DNA of 64,000 nucleotides from Planctomycetota bacterium (GTDB taxonomy: Bacteria; Planctomycetota; UBA8108; SXIK01), in assembly GCA_965223265.1 (NCBI GenBank), contig OZ244999.1, positions 4,224,001 through 4,288,000 on the forward strand, read 5' to 3'. Position 1 is the stretch's first letter, and each line of letters opens with the position of its first letter. Positions 19,839-29,703 of this stretch are shown here, one piece after another. The position numbers and the translations under genes were made by a program. The notes under the pieces were generated by a model that saw nothing but the letters and a program-made list of their open reading frames with translations, did no database searches and had not been told where the DNA came from.

Positions 19839-21473
19839 TTGAGCGAGCTTGTCGACTACTACAGCTTGTTCCGCGCGCCGGCGTACAACTCGCATCACCC
19901 GAAACCCGCGGGCGCGAAGAACGTCGTCGGCCAGTTCGACCCGATGAACTGCATCTTGTACCTCGACGGCGACGTTTCAGATGCGCTCGACGCGAGCGAC
20001 GGGAGCCCGGAATTCGAGGTGGAGGATGCCGGGAGCCCCATCCTCCTTCCGTTCTCGACGTTTCTTCACGAAATCATTCACTGGTGGCAACATGTCGGGA
20101 CGACGTCGGGGCTGTTCTACGGATTGAGCATCCCCACGCAGGCGCTGTCGACGGCCAAGTACTTGTCCGAGTTCGGGGCCGAACTTCCCAAACCGCTCAC
20201 CCACAGCGTGACGAGCTCCCTGCCGTCCGAACATCCCGCCTTGCTGTCTGTGCTGCGATGGAGCGAGCTCGAGCTCGGCGCCTCTCTTCTGTTCGACCCG
20301 ATGACGACTTCCTACACGCTTCGGTCCCGGAGACGGTTCTATGAATCGCTCGGCCACGCGCTCCTCTTGACGCACATCAGCACGATGAGCGCGGTCTCAT
20401 CGATTCTGGACCCTGGTCGAAGGGGTCTCCCCGATCCGGATCCGTGGATCGACCTCTACGATCGATTCGTGAAGGATGAACGGCCGTGTTTCACTCCGAG
20501 GGAGATCATCGAGTTCGCCATCGGCCTGCGCGAGCTCGCAGAAGGGCAGGCGCGTGTCTCCGAAATCCAGTATCGCTCCCTCGCCTATGAAACGATGACA
20601 TGGTCGGAGGTCAAGGCGCGTGGGCTGCTCGCGGGTGTCTACGCGACAGCGTTCGAGGAGTTTCTCCGCCTCACGGGATTCGATGAGCCCTCCCACCCGA
20701 TCGACGCGTCGGTCAATCTCTTCCTTCTCTTGTGCGACATCTCATTGAATCCGGCGGAGGGATACGCCGACGACATCGCCGACGACGGAAAGTTCGTTTA
20801 CCGCGTTCATCCTGGCATTCGGTTCCTGAAGCTCTGCGATCTCGCCAAGGGCAACCAAGGACTTCTTGCGCGGCTGAAGACGCTCTCGGCCGAGAGCTAC
20901 GATGTCGTATCCGAAGCCCTTTGCGGAGATGCGGAATGGCCGACTCCGAGAGAAATCGGGCGCCGCGCTCTTTTGCGCCTCGAGCACATGTCGAACTGGC
21001 AGGAGGTTCAAGCGCAACGGGAAGCGGGAGACTACGGCTCTCGGGATGCGCCCATCCGCTTCTACTTCGCCGAGCATCACGCGTTTCTGAAGACGAAGGT
21101 GGAGCTGCCCCATCTCTTCTGCTGGCCGGCGTCCTTCTTGACCTCGAAGGCAGAGAGTGACCCGGCTGAGGCTGAAGCTGTTCAGGAAGTGCTCTCGTGG
21201 CACATGCCACCGTTCCTTGCGAGCTCGCTCGAGTCGGGTGTGGACTCCGTCAACTTGTCGCGGATGGCTCCCGATCGGCGAAGTCAGTTCGTGAGCGACT
21301 ACTTCGCGACCCAGGTGCTGTACGACCTCGTGCGGCAATGGATCAGCAAGCCCGGTCGATTCGAGTTCGCGTACCGCTGGAAGCCCGCGCTTTCGGGCGA
21401 GGAGCAGAGCATCCTGCGCCAGCGCTTCGACACGAGCCTCGGTATCCGTCTGGCGGACATCCGTCCCGCGTGA
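19839..21473 (+). CDS. HEXXH (gluzincin-like) metallopeptidase-domain protein
   Basis: FLHEIIHWWQH and a downstream LAEGQA candidate third ligand; TTG start. Confidence 0.65.
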   Translation: MSELVDYYSLFRAPAYNSHHPKPAGAKNVVGQFDPMNCILYLDGDVSDALDASDGSPEFEVEDAGSPILLPFSTFLHEIIHWWQHVGTTSGLFYGLSIPTQALSTAKYLSEFGAELPKPLTHSVTSSLPSEHPALLSVLRWSELELGASLLFDPMTTSYTLRSRRRFYESLGHALLLTHISTMSAVSSILDPGRRGLPDPDPWIDLYDRFVKDERPCFTPREIIEFAIGLRELAEGQARVSEIQYRSLAYETMTWSEVKARGLLAGVYATAFEEFLRLTGFDEPSHPIDASVNLFLLLCDISLNPAEGYADDIADDGKFVYRVHPGIRFLKLCDLAKGNQGLLARLKTLSAESYDVVSEALCGDAEWPTPREIGRRALLRLEHMSNWQEVQAQREAGDYGSRDAPIRFYFAEHHAFLKTKVELPHLFCWPASFLTSKAESDPAEAEAVQEVLSWHMPPFLASSLESGVDSVNLSRMAPDRRSQFVSDYFATQVLYDLVRQWISKPGRFEFAYRWKPALSGEEQSILRQRFDTSLGIRLADIRPA

Positions 21474-21662
21474 GGCGTTGGCCTACCGAACCTCAAGGGG
21501 GCGGGGTCGGTGGGCGGATGCCGCACGGCGACCTTGAGAAAGTGCAAGCTCCAGCGCACGAGCGAGCCACTCGATGGGCTCCCCGCTCTCGTGCCGCTCT
21601 CTCCAGGGCCGCCATTCCGGCGCTGCTCAGTGCGCGCCCTGGTGCAGCCGATGGTTTGCGGG

Positions 21663-23570
21663 CTACTTGCGACGGTTCCGCTTCCGGGACTCGCGAGCGA
21701 GTTTCCTTCTCCTCTTATCAGCGTCCTTCTTCTTGCTTGTGCCCTTTCTAGTTCCGGCAGAACGCTCTCGATTGCGCGTCGCCTCCGGGTAACGGCTCGA
21801 CACAGAAGGGTCTGAGGATTCCCAAGACCTGGCGAGCCTGTTCCAATCGACAGCCTGCCTGGGTCCAATATTTGACATGATCTGGGTGGGGGCGTGTCGG
21901 GCACGGACCGCAGCAATGGACTCCTCGTCGAGATCGAGAACCGGGAAACTCACCTTGGCATCTGCCAGCGTCATGCTCTTGGTCAGCCATCCTCTGGTTG
22001 TTTCTTGAACTATCTCGTCTAGGAACTGAGGGATGCTCCGGACGATTCTACGGATTCCAGAACCGGCGGGATTCCTGTCTAATGCTCCGCGCAGGAGGGG
22101 GAGATTGGCCGCGATGGTCGTCCCCACTTCGTGCCAGACCTTCCATGATCCGATTCCACCCCTCAACAGGAGCATGTCAATGACTTCGACCCCTTCCACA
22201 GCGCGTTTCAGCACGTTCGAGAGCTCTCGGTCTCGTGCCGTGTCCGAAAGGTCCCGAAAGGCTCGAAGTTGCCGCAGCCCTTCTCGAGTCCGCGACTCCA
22301 TCGCTTGGACCATTCGAGCGCCTTGTGCTGGGATGGCGCCCTTGGCCTGCACGTGCAACGCCGTATTCGTAGTCGGCTCGTAGGCAAGTACGTCCATTTC
22401 GCCACAAGACCAGCGGATGTTCCGCTCTACCGTCAGACCATCTATCTCGCTGAGCAACGAGATCGCTTCGTCGATGAGGGCAGGTTCGAGGTGGGAGGAG
22501 ACCTCGTCGTGAAAGCGGCTCGGGTCGAGTTTGTTCAGTGCGTAGGCAATGTTCCGTGAGGACAACATACGTTGAACCACGTCGGGGTTAAACATCACCG
22601 AGGTCGGTGTCGTCTTCCATATTGGCGGAAAGAATCCGTCGCCGGCGCCACTTGGGATCGTGGATTCTGGGTCCAGCTCGTAGAGACGTAGCATGCTATC
22701 AATAAGGTCGAACTCGAGCCCGGTAAGCGCTTGAATGAGGCCGTGAACAAAGCTCGACTTCAGATGCACTGCGGTCCACTCAAGCATTTCTCCAAACGCG
22801 CTTTGGTCTTGCACAGGGCGGAGAGAGCCCCGTGCCTTCCGCCCAAACCCATCGGCAAGAGCTAAGCAGGAGTCCGCGATCGCAAACCACGCCCTCCGAA
22901 GGGCGTTGAACTGCTCTACGTTTCCACCGATTGCCTCTTGGAAGCCGGCGGCGGTGATGATCGGCGCTTCTACCGCGCACTCTCCGATTTCCTGGTATCT
23001 AATGGCAACCGTCTTCGCGAAAAGGTCCCCTCGCTGCTTGCCTACTTGGAAGTCGATTATCTGGTTCGGGATTGGTGCCGGGCGAATGTAGAACGGTTTC
23101 GCGACCTCCGTCATGACGATGTCTCGTGCTTCAAGGAGGGAGACTTCGTCGTTTGCATGCTTCAGTGCGAACCCCGTCCGTCGACTACCCGATACTGTGT
23201 AGTAGTCGCGATGCACCTCTGGCATGAGCTCGCAAAAGTGACCGTATTGGATCAAAGTCTGAATTTCGAGCAGGAGCGAAGGGTCGTCTGAGAACGGTGA
23301 AAACGCGTCCAACGCGTCCGCGCCGATTTCTTCGCGTGGACATCGGAGCAGGAGATCAACAAGGTAAGAGAGTCGACTGATGAGAGCTTGACCGGCGTCC
23401 TGGCGAGGCAAGGTCCCCTTCTTGTCCAAGCGATCACCGTGGAACAGGCTGTCGACCATGCTGTACAGTCCCGACAAGACTGTTCTCAGTGGAAGGCGGA
23501 GTACCCGGAGATCCCCGACAAGTTCGTCAAGCTCCCGCTCGAAGAGACCGAGTGCTTTAGCTGATTCCAC
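21663..23570 (-). CDS. Large helical protein with a C-terminal PD-(D/E)xK-type nuclease domain
   Basis: GEMDVLAY...HVQAKG...EGLRQL motif; AGGAGG RBS; basic tail KRRRKLARESRKRNRRK. Confidence 0.65.
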   Translation of the reverse strand: MESAKALGLFERELDELVGDLRVLRLPLRTVLSGLYSMVDSLFHGDRLDKKGTLPRQDAGQALISRLSYLVDLLLRCPREEIGADALDAFSPFSDDPSLLLEIQTLIQYGHFCELMPEVHRDYYTVSGSRRTGFALKHANDEVSLLEARDIVMTEVAKPFYIRPAPIPNQIIDFQVGKQRGDLFAKTVAIRYQEIGECAVEAPIITAAGFQEAIGGNVEQFNALRRAWFAIADSCLALADGFGRKARGSLRPVQDQSAFGEMLEWTAVHLKSSFVHGLIQALTGLEFDLIDSMLRLYELDPESTIPSGAGDGFFPPIWKTTPTSVMFNPDVVQRMLSSRNIAYALNKLDPSRFHDEVSSHLEPALIDEAISLLSEIDGLTVERNIRWSCGEMDVLAYEPTTNTALHVQAKGAIPAQGARMVQAMESRTREGLRQLRAFRDLSDTARDRELSNVLKRAVEGVEVIDMLLLRGGIGSWKVWHEVGTTIAANLPLLRGALDRNPAGSGIRRIVRSIPQFLDEIVQETTRGWLTKSMTLADAKVSFPVLDLDEESIAAVRARHAPTQIMSNIGPRQAVDWNRLARSWESSDPSVSSRYPEATRNRERSAGTRKGTSKKKDADKRRRKLARESRKRNRRK

Positions 23571-23828
23571 GGCTCCACCTCCTGGTGGCTATCGCGTGTC
23601 GCGCGGCTCTCATGTCGCTTGCGTCTCCTCCGAATGTGCGCCGCAACCGACCTGAAGAGAGAGGCGCCGTCACGCGGCCTTCTCGTCTCCATTCGCTCTT
23701 GTTCGATCTCCACCCAGAAAGCTGACGCAGTAAAGGGTCCGTGTCGAACCTTCGAACCTCCTCCAAATTGTAGGAGTAGCCAGGAACCACTTCGGCGTGT
23801 CAAACCGACGCTGGCGAAGGCTGTCCGA

Positions 23829-24701
23829 TTAAAGAATGCTCTGTACTCGCTGCACCTCTTGCTTGAGTTCAGAGGAGGTCTGAAACACAGGTTGGTCATC
23901 TCCGCTCAACACCGCGTCGATCAGCGATGCGAGCGGATCCGGTACATCGCTACGCCGCGTCCCGATGGGTACAGGATCGTTGTATGCAACTGCCGCGTCT
24001 GGCGTCATTGTGCTTGGGAATTCCCGTGGAAGTGAGTCGGTGAGAAGGAAGTACAGCACTGCAGCGGCAGCCCACACGTCCACCTCAGGACCAGCATATT
24101 TGTAGTCGCGCAACTGCTTTCGGCAAATAAACGCGTACGTTCCGCCGCAGTCTCCAGTAACGGTCATACCGCTCAGGCCAGCGGCTTCGAACGCCTTCGA
24201 CAGTCCGAAATCAGCAATCTTGGCAGTTCGGGATGTCCCGCTGCCGGAAAACAGTACGTTCGCCGGCTTTAGATCTCGGTGAACGATTCCTTGGTACGTA
24301 GAGACTGTTCCGTCGGCGAGGCGAGTCGTGACTGTCGCGCCCTCGAGGTACTCCAGACCTTCAAGAACGTCTAGAACTACCGACAATGCCTCATCCACGG
24401 ATAGCGGCGCGATCGCGCGGGCGTCGCCTCCGTCGCAGAATTCCATCCAGTAGCAAAGCTCGGAGCTTTCCGTCGAAATACCTTCTATCGCGACTACGTT
24501 CTTGTGCGAAACGTCGGACAGTAGCTGCATCTCGCGAAGAAAAAGTTGCTTGGAGAAATCATTCGTAGTCAAAGTGGGGAGAATACGCTTTAGAGCCAGC
24601 AGTCGACGTGAGCCTAGCTCTCGTATTAGATGTACCTCTCCCATACCGTCCGCCTTGATCGGCTGAACGTACTCGAATCCGTCGGGTATCCAAACGGTCA
24701 T
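23829..24701 (-). CDS. Hanks-type Ser/Thr protein kinase (catalytic domain only)
   Basis: GMGEVHL, LALK, HRDLKPAN, DFG, DVWA motifs; ATGA overlap with the upstream TPR gene. Confidence 0.92.
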   Translation of the reverse strand: MTVWIPDGFEYVQPIKADGMGEVHLIRELGSRRLLALKRILPTLTTNDFSKQLFLREMQLLSDVSHKNVVAIEGISTESSELCYWMEFCDGGDARAIAPLSVDEALSVVLDVLEGLEYLEGATVTTRLADGTVSTYQGIVHRDLKPANVLFSGSGTSRTAKIADFGLSKAFEAAGLSGMTVTGDCGGTYAFICRKQLRDYKYAGPEVDVWAAAAVLYFLLTDSLPREFPSTMTPDAAVAYNDPVPIGTRRSDVPDPLASLIDAVLSGDDQPVFQTSSELKQEVQRVQSIL

Positions 24702-25933
24702 TGACCTTCCCGTCTATCCTCAGTGGCTTTCGCATCGGCTTCTTCTAACCGTTCCAGGAAACGTTCGAGCTTCGGAAAATCGTCCCGTAGGCCGTCAGTT
24801 TTCGCTCGAGCGATCTGATCCCGTGCGGCTTCAACGTCGGCGCGTGCTGCGCTTGGGTCACCCGCAAGAAAGCGGTTAGCCGCTCGAGCGCCAAGCGCGC
24901 CGGCCAGTTTCCCACGCATCAGAGCTCGCCCATCAACGTCGACCAGAAAAGTGAAGACACTGACTGCTCGGTCAAGTGGAAGCATCGCCTTCTCAGTGGC
25001 ACCCAAATCGCGATACGCGCAGCCGGCCCAGTAGTAGGATAGGGCTAACGCGAAGCGATATTCTCGACGGCCCTGTCCGCCAACGAGCCCTTCATACAGT
25101 TTCGACGCAACGAGCGCATGTTTGAGCGCGGCCCTGTAGTCGCCGGTGACGTGCCGTCGTTCTGACTTGCTGCGGTGAGCTTGTGCCAGGAGTGCGCGGA
25201 GGTGCACTTTCGGAGTCGCTCCAACGACCGTCTCCACCGACTCGATTGCTCGGTCGACGAGACGTTCAGCCTTCTCCGTTTTCCGGAGATCGCGCAAGCA
25301 TTGCGCGCGCACCAGCCGGGCATTCGCAACATCTTCGAGTAGGTCGAGCGAATCGGGTAATTCACGAAGTCCGCGCAACGGCACTACGATGGCGTAAAAA
25401 GTTTCCGTCAAAGCGTCCTCGATGCGCTTGACTGCGACCAACGACTGCGCTCTCACAAGATGGGCCTTCGAGCGAGCTCGTCGGTCATCGAGGCTCAGCC
25501 TTCCGACGTTCGGAAGTTCGCGGAGTATCTCCGTACAGACGCTGCTCGATTCTTCGAATCGAGACAGGGCGCGAAGTACGACAGCTTCGTTAATTCCCAT
25601 CTGAATCCCGCGCAGTCGAAGTTTTTCTTCGCTCGCGCCCTCGCTCTCGAAGAGTCGCAGCAGAAACTCTCTGGCGGACCGCAAGTCGCCCAGAGCCTCC
25701 TCGCTTGGGCCAAACCAAACAGTCCGGTAGAGCGCTTGATGCTCGACGGCCCAGGCGTAGAAACGACGGCTTGGGCTACCGGAGTCTCTCCTTTCGGCTT
25801 CGAGCATATCGCGCATCCGAATCGTCGCTGAAAGCGCTGACTCGATCGCCCCGGCGGCTTCAAACGCGAGCGCCATGTTCATTAGTGCCTGTGCGCGTAC
25901 CAGCCGAGCATCGACGTTCGGTATGGGCGGCAT
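24698..25933 (-). CDS. TPR-like repeat protein
   Basis: Repeated Ala/Leu-rich helical pairs (LALSYYWAGCAYRDLG...A); translationally coupled to the kinase; start uncertain. Confidence 0.65.
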   Translation of the reverse strand: MPPIPNVDARLVRAQALMNMALAFEAAGAIESALSATIRMRDMLEAERRDSGSPSRRFYAWAVEHQALYRTVWFGPSEEALGDLRSAREFLLRLFESEGASEEKLRLRGIQMGINEAVVLRALSRFEESSSVCTEILRELPNVGRLSLDDRRARSKAHLVRAQSLVAVKRIEDALTETFYAIVVPLRGLRELPDSLDLLEDVANARLVRAQCLRDLRKTEKAERLVDRAIESVETVVGATPKVHLRALLAQAHRSKSERRHVTGDYRAALKHALVASKLYEGLVGGQGRREYRFALALSYYWAGCAYRDLGATEKAMLPLDRAVSVFTFLVDVDGRALMRGKLAGALGARAANRFLAGDPSAARADVEAARDQIARAKTDGLRDDFPKLERFLERLEEADAKATEDRREGQ

Positions 25934-26612
25934 GGGAGAATTCACGAGTCGGAAATACGCACGCGCGTCTACGAGCGCCCTCGCTCGCCCGGTCACTTTC
26001 TGAGTCCGGGGATTCTGGACCAACGAGCAGTGTTCCGAGCCCAGTCGGGATTCCACGAACTCTACCGGAGAGCCGCATCTCTTGGTCTTGCCGTGGTCTT
26101 GAGCGAGAGACCGAATTCGGTGTCCGCGCGCTCCGGTGTGAGCTTCGCCACGTTCTCAGCTACCTCTGCGAGCCGCGGGACGGCGGCGAAATCGATCTTT
26201 CCCTCGTCAGTCTCCTTCCTTCTCGATCCCCGCCTTCTCCAGGTAGCGGTCGATTTCGCCGCGCCGGGTGGGTCCCCAGGCAGAGAAGCGGATCGTCAGG
26301 CCTCTTCGGTCGGCTTCGTGCTAGAGCTTTCCGAGGAGATGTTCGGGGACCGGCTGGAACGCGTCACGCCGGCCCTGGGTTCCCACCACCCAAGCCTCTG
26401 TCTTTTCTTGCGGACGGTCGGGGGCCGCCCATTGCGGCCGCGTTGCGTCTCCCTCCACTCGAGACTCGAGATAGTCGTTTCTGACCTCGGTGAACTCCTC
26501 AATGACGACGCGCTCGGCGTAACTCCCTACGTATCGGGGGTTTCCTTGACGCTCGCCTTGAAGGCCGAGCGGAGTGCTTGCGGCACGGCGTACGACGTGT
26601 CACCTTGGGACC

Positions 26613-27875
26613 ATGCGAGCACTCCGCCTCCTTCTCTTCTCCGATGAACTCTCCCTCATGGACGCGAACGCGCGGGAGGTGTTGAAGGGGTTCGAGTATC
26701 AGGTCTTCGACGAGACGGACGCGACTCACGCGGGCGCGACACGCCAGCTCGCGCATGGCCTCGAGATCGATATCGCGCCCGTCGACGCGATCGAGGAGAC
26801 TATCAGTCAGCGCAACGCGATTAATCGTGCGTACGATGCGTATGCACTCTATACCTTGCGTGTGTGGCGGCTGGGGACGTCGCTCCTTGAGTACGCCCAG
26901 CGTATCCGAGCGCATACCGGTGTCGCGGAGTCAGGGCTGCGGCTTGCGTGCTTGCCGATTGTCGTCATGAACCCGCTGGATCGGGTGGCTGGCGAAGATC
27001 CTCGCTCGGGCGACTTCGGCGCGCTCATGGGCATGCCGCATGTCTACGCCGCGTACCGCGACGAGGTGTTCGCGGACTGTGTCGCTCGAGCCCTTGCCAG
27101 TTGGCACACCGACCTCTTGGGGCAACTCGAGTACGTCGGCTACGCGATCTCGCTCGACGCCCAAGGGCAGTGGCAGGTGGACGCTGCGTTTCGTCGTAGC
27201 GAGCGCGAAGCAGAGTTCTTCGCCGCGCCGCAGCTCGACGCGCTGCGGCACCAAAGCGTCTTTCGTGTCTCGCGCGACGCGCTTGCGATCGGGCGAGCAC
27301 TCGCCGGCCTCGAGCGTGCCCTACGTGAAGCGGAGGGGCTGCGCCCCAAGCAGCGAGAACCCCGCATGCAGCGCTGTTTCGAGGAGTATCCCGAGCTATT
27401 GACCCAAGGACTCTTCGAAACGCTGTGGGCCGAACCGGAGTTGCCAAACGCAGATCCGCTCCGGCGCGGCATTCGTCCGGATTTCGTCGCCGCCGGCAAC
27501 CCCTCATGGGACCACGTGCTTCCACCGCGCGTGTACGAACTCAAGTCTCCCGCGTTTCGAGTAGCCATCGCCCGTAAGGCGACTCAGGATCTGCACAAGG
27601 CGCTTGAGCAGCTTAGTGACCGATATCGCCAGTACTTTGCGGATCCTCGCAATCGTCCGATCCAGGAAGATCGGCTTGGACGCGCGATTGTTCAGCCCAG
27701 ACTCATGCTCGTGATCGGTCGGGATCGCTGGAAACAAGACTGGCTCGACCTCGACGAGCTACAGGCTGCAAGCGAGCACGACGACGTGAGTATCGTGAGC
27801 TACGACGAGATCGGGGCCGCGGGCGAGCGCCAGCTTGACCTCTTACGTCGTCTGGCGTTCCGGCTCAAGCGCTGA
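26613..27875 (+). CDS. sduA: Shedu (SduA / DUF4263)-like nuclease, paralog 1
   Basis: EPRMQRCFEEYP, RPDFV, VYELKSP, ALEQL, LVIGR, IVSYDE match the DUF4263 motif order. Confidence 0.75.
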   Translation: MRALRLLLFSDELSLMDANAREVLKGFEYQVFDETDATHAGATRQLAHGLEIDIAPVDAIEETISQRNAINRAYDAYALYTLRVWRLGTSLLEYAQRIRAHTGVAESGLRLACLPIVVMNPLDRVAGEDPRSGDFGALMGMPHVYAAYRDEVFADCVARALASWHTDLLGQLEYVGYAISLDAQGQWQVDAAFRRSEREAEFFAAPQLDALRHQSVFRVSRDALAIGRALAGLERALREAEGLRPKQREPRMQRCFEEYPELLTQGLFETLWAEPELPNADPLRRGIRPDFVAAGNPSWDHVLPPRVYELKSPAFRVAIARKATQDLHKALEQLSDRYRQYFADPRNRPIQEDRLGRAIVQPRLMLVIGRDRWKQDWLDLDELQAASEHDDVSIVSYDEIGAAGERQLDLLRRLAFRLKR

Positions 27876-27881
27876 CCCCTA

Positions 27882-29141
27882 TTAGAGATCGCTACCGCGT
27901 CGCAGGATGCGTTGAGCGGCGTAGAAGTCTCTTCTGCCCGCATCGAGGATGTCGTCGTACTGGATGATGCCCACGTCGTTCCAGGGGCTGTTCGCGGTAA
28001 ACTCCTCGATGCGCCGTGCTTCGTCGTCCATCGGTCGGCGCCCGATGATGAGAGCGTATCGAGGATGTTCGAGCACCTGCTGCAAGACGCGCCGCTGTTC
28101 TGGCACCGTCTCGAGGTCTTCAAAGTAGCTCCCGTAGCGCAAGCGCAATTGCTCAAGTGCTCGTACAACAAAGGCTGAGGGCGTGCCGCGCTCGAGGAGG
28201 GAGCGTTCAGACGATTTGATCTCGACGACTTCCCAGCCCTCCGCTCCGGCACTCTCGACAGGCCCAAGCACGAAATCAGGAATGATCGTTCCCTTGAGCG
28301 GATTGGGATGTTTGAGCTGAGGGCGTGACCAATGACGCTCGAAGAGCCCGCGTCGCACTAAGACGGGGTGGGTTTCAAAGCACTGCTGCAACCGATACTC
28401 CTGCTCTGCCGGTTTCAGGTGACGCACATGATTCAGCACGTACTCCAACTGCCGATACGGGGCAAAGCTCTCAAACAGGTCCTGATGGACCAATAGGTAT
28501 CCGGATTGTCGGAGGCTGCGAGGTGTACTCTCGGACGAAAACATGCGACTTGCCCGGCGCCGGGAACGCCGAAGCGCGTGGGCGACCGTAATGGTCCCGT
28601 CGTCATTGAAGACGAGGCTATATCCCACGTAGTCCAGCTCGAGCAACAGCGAGCGCATCCAGTCGGCAAGCGCGTCCTCAAGAACGGTCTTGAACGCATG
28701 GCCCGGTTCGGCGATGTACGTCCACGGAATAGATCCGGCCGTGAACGAGGCTCCCTCGCGCGGTTGGCGATACAGGACCGCGTTCACATCGATCAGGATG
28801 ATCGGCGCGCAGTTCAAGCGCACCCCGCTCGGCGCGCAAACGTCATCGTAGAGCCCGCGCACCGGGCGTAGAACGGTCTTCTTGATCCACCCTTGGGTTT
28901 GCTCGAACGGGCGCAAATACGCTACCACGATCGCGTGGTAGCACACCGAGAGACGGCAGCGCTGAAGAAGATGGTCTGCGAGGCGGTGAAGGTGCGTTGC
29001 GTCGACCGTAAAGCCGTGCGCAGAGAGTTCGGTGGCAATCTCGTGGATCGACTGCACGCCGTCACTTGCGCGGCCGCCACGCAAATGCTTGAACTGCGTA
29101 GGGTCGAGGACAGGGTCGGTTCCGAAGAGTAGTCGATACAT
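27882..29141 (-). CDS. sduA: Shedu (SduA / DUF4263)-like nuclease, paralog 2
   Basis: EYRLQQCFETHP, IPDFV, VVEIKSS, ALEQL, LIIGR, IIQYDD; N-terminal domain homologous to paralog 1. Confidence 0.75.
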   Translation of the reverse strand: MYRLLFGTDPVLDPTQFKHLRGGRASDGVQSIHEIATELSAHGFTVDATHLHRLADHLLQRCRLSVCYHAIVVAYLRPFEQTQGWIKKTVLRPVRGLYDDVCAPSGVRLNCAPIILIDVNAVLYRQPREGASFTAGSIPWTYIAEPGHAFKTVLEDALADWMRSLLLELDYVGYSLVFNDDGTITVAHALRRSRRRASRMFSSESTPRSLRQSGYLLVHQDLFESFAPYRQLEYVLNHVRHLKPAEQEYRLQQCFETHPVLVRRGLFERHWSRPQLKHPNPLKGTIIPDFVLGPVESAGAEGWEVVEIKSSERSLLERGTPSAFVVRALEQLRLRYGSYFEDLETVPEQRRVLQQVLEHPRYALIIGRRPMDDEARRIEEFTANSPWNDVGIIQYDDILDAGRRDFYAAQRILRRGSDL

Positions 29142-29519
29142 CAAATCTCATCGTAGCGCGGTAACGGGGTGTCTCAAGGGAGCCTATCGCATAGGGCACT
29201 TCGTGGTTATGTGCGTGGGGCGGCGCAAGGACGTGCCGACGCGGCAGGCCGAGGGCTCGGCGGGTAGGGCCAACATCAACGCCTGTCGTCTGCGGCAGCT
29301 TTCGCAAGCTGTGACTCGACATGATCGAGGATCTGTCGGACGAGCGTGTTTCGCAGGACGGGGGCAGCGCTCTCCATGCGTCGGCGATGAACCGCGCCTC
29401 ATCTCCTAGTCTTATTCTGGTCTTGTCCGAAAGACCGCTGAGTGACGGCGCCTGTCCGCATTTGAACCGTAGCGCAGGAACGCCGTCAAGCGTAAGCTCT
29501 GTCTTCCGGATGCTTTGTG

Positions 29520-29612
29520 TGTCGCCACCGTCCGGTAACCGGCCGCTCTTGACTAACGTCGTTAGTCCCCAAGTCGGCGCTTGCGGGCGTTCGATTCCCC
29601 CTGCCTCCGCCA
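29520..29612 (+). pseudogene. Degenerate tRNA (possibly Ser) or tRNA 3' attachment-site remnant
   Basis: GTTCGATT-CCCCC-TGCCTCC-G-CCA has exact T-loop, T-stem, acceptor, discriminator and CCA spacing; upstream TCCGGT and TCTTGA resemble decayed D and anticodon arms but no full cloverleaf forms. Confidence 0.45.
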
Positions 29613-29703
29613 ACTAATCCATCAATGAACCGGGAACGACGCCGATGCGGAAAACGGCGTTTCTCCGTTTCAGTCAGCGTTCGAGGTTTCGATCAGTCGT
29701 CTG

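Noticed and set aside
26030-26647. 205-aa ORF between the TPR gene and Shedu paralog 1
   Set aside because: No motifs, atypical composition and overlap with better supported genes
29360-29612. tmRNA, or tmRNA with an insertion in the T-arm: GGGGGCA at 29360 can pair with TGCCTCC including a G3:U wobble, and GGACGGGGG could also complete the T-stem
   Set aside because: Only about 250 nt, discriminator G rather than A, no GGATTCGAC-like 5' motif and no tag ORF ending in Ala-Ala; a decayed tRNA explains it more simply
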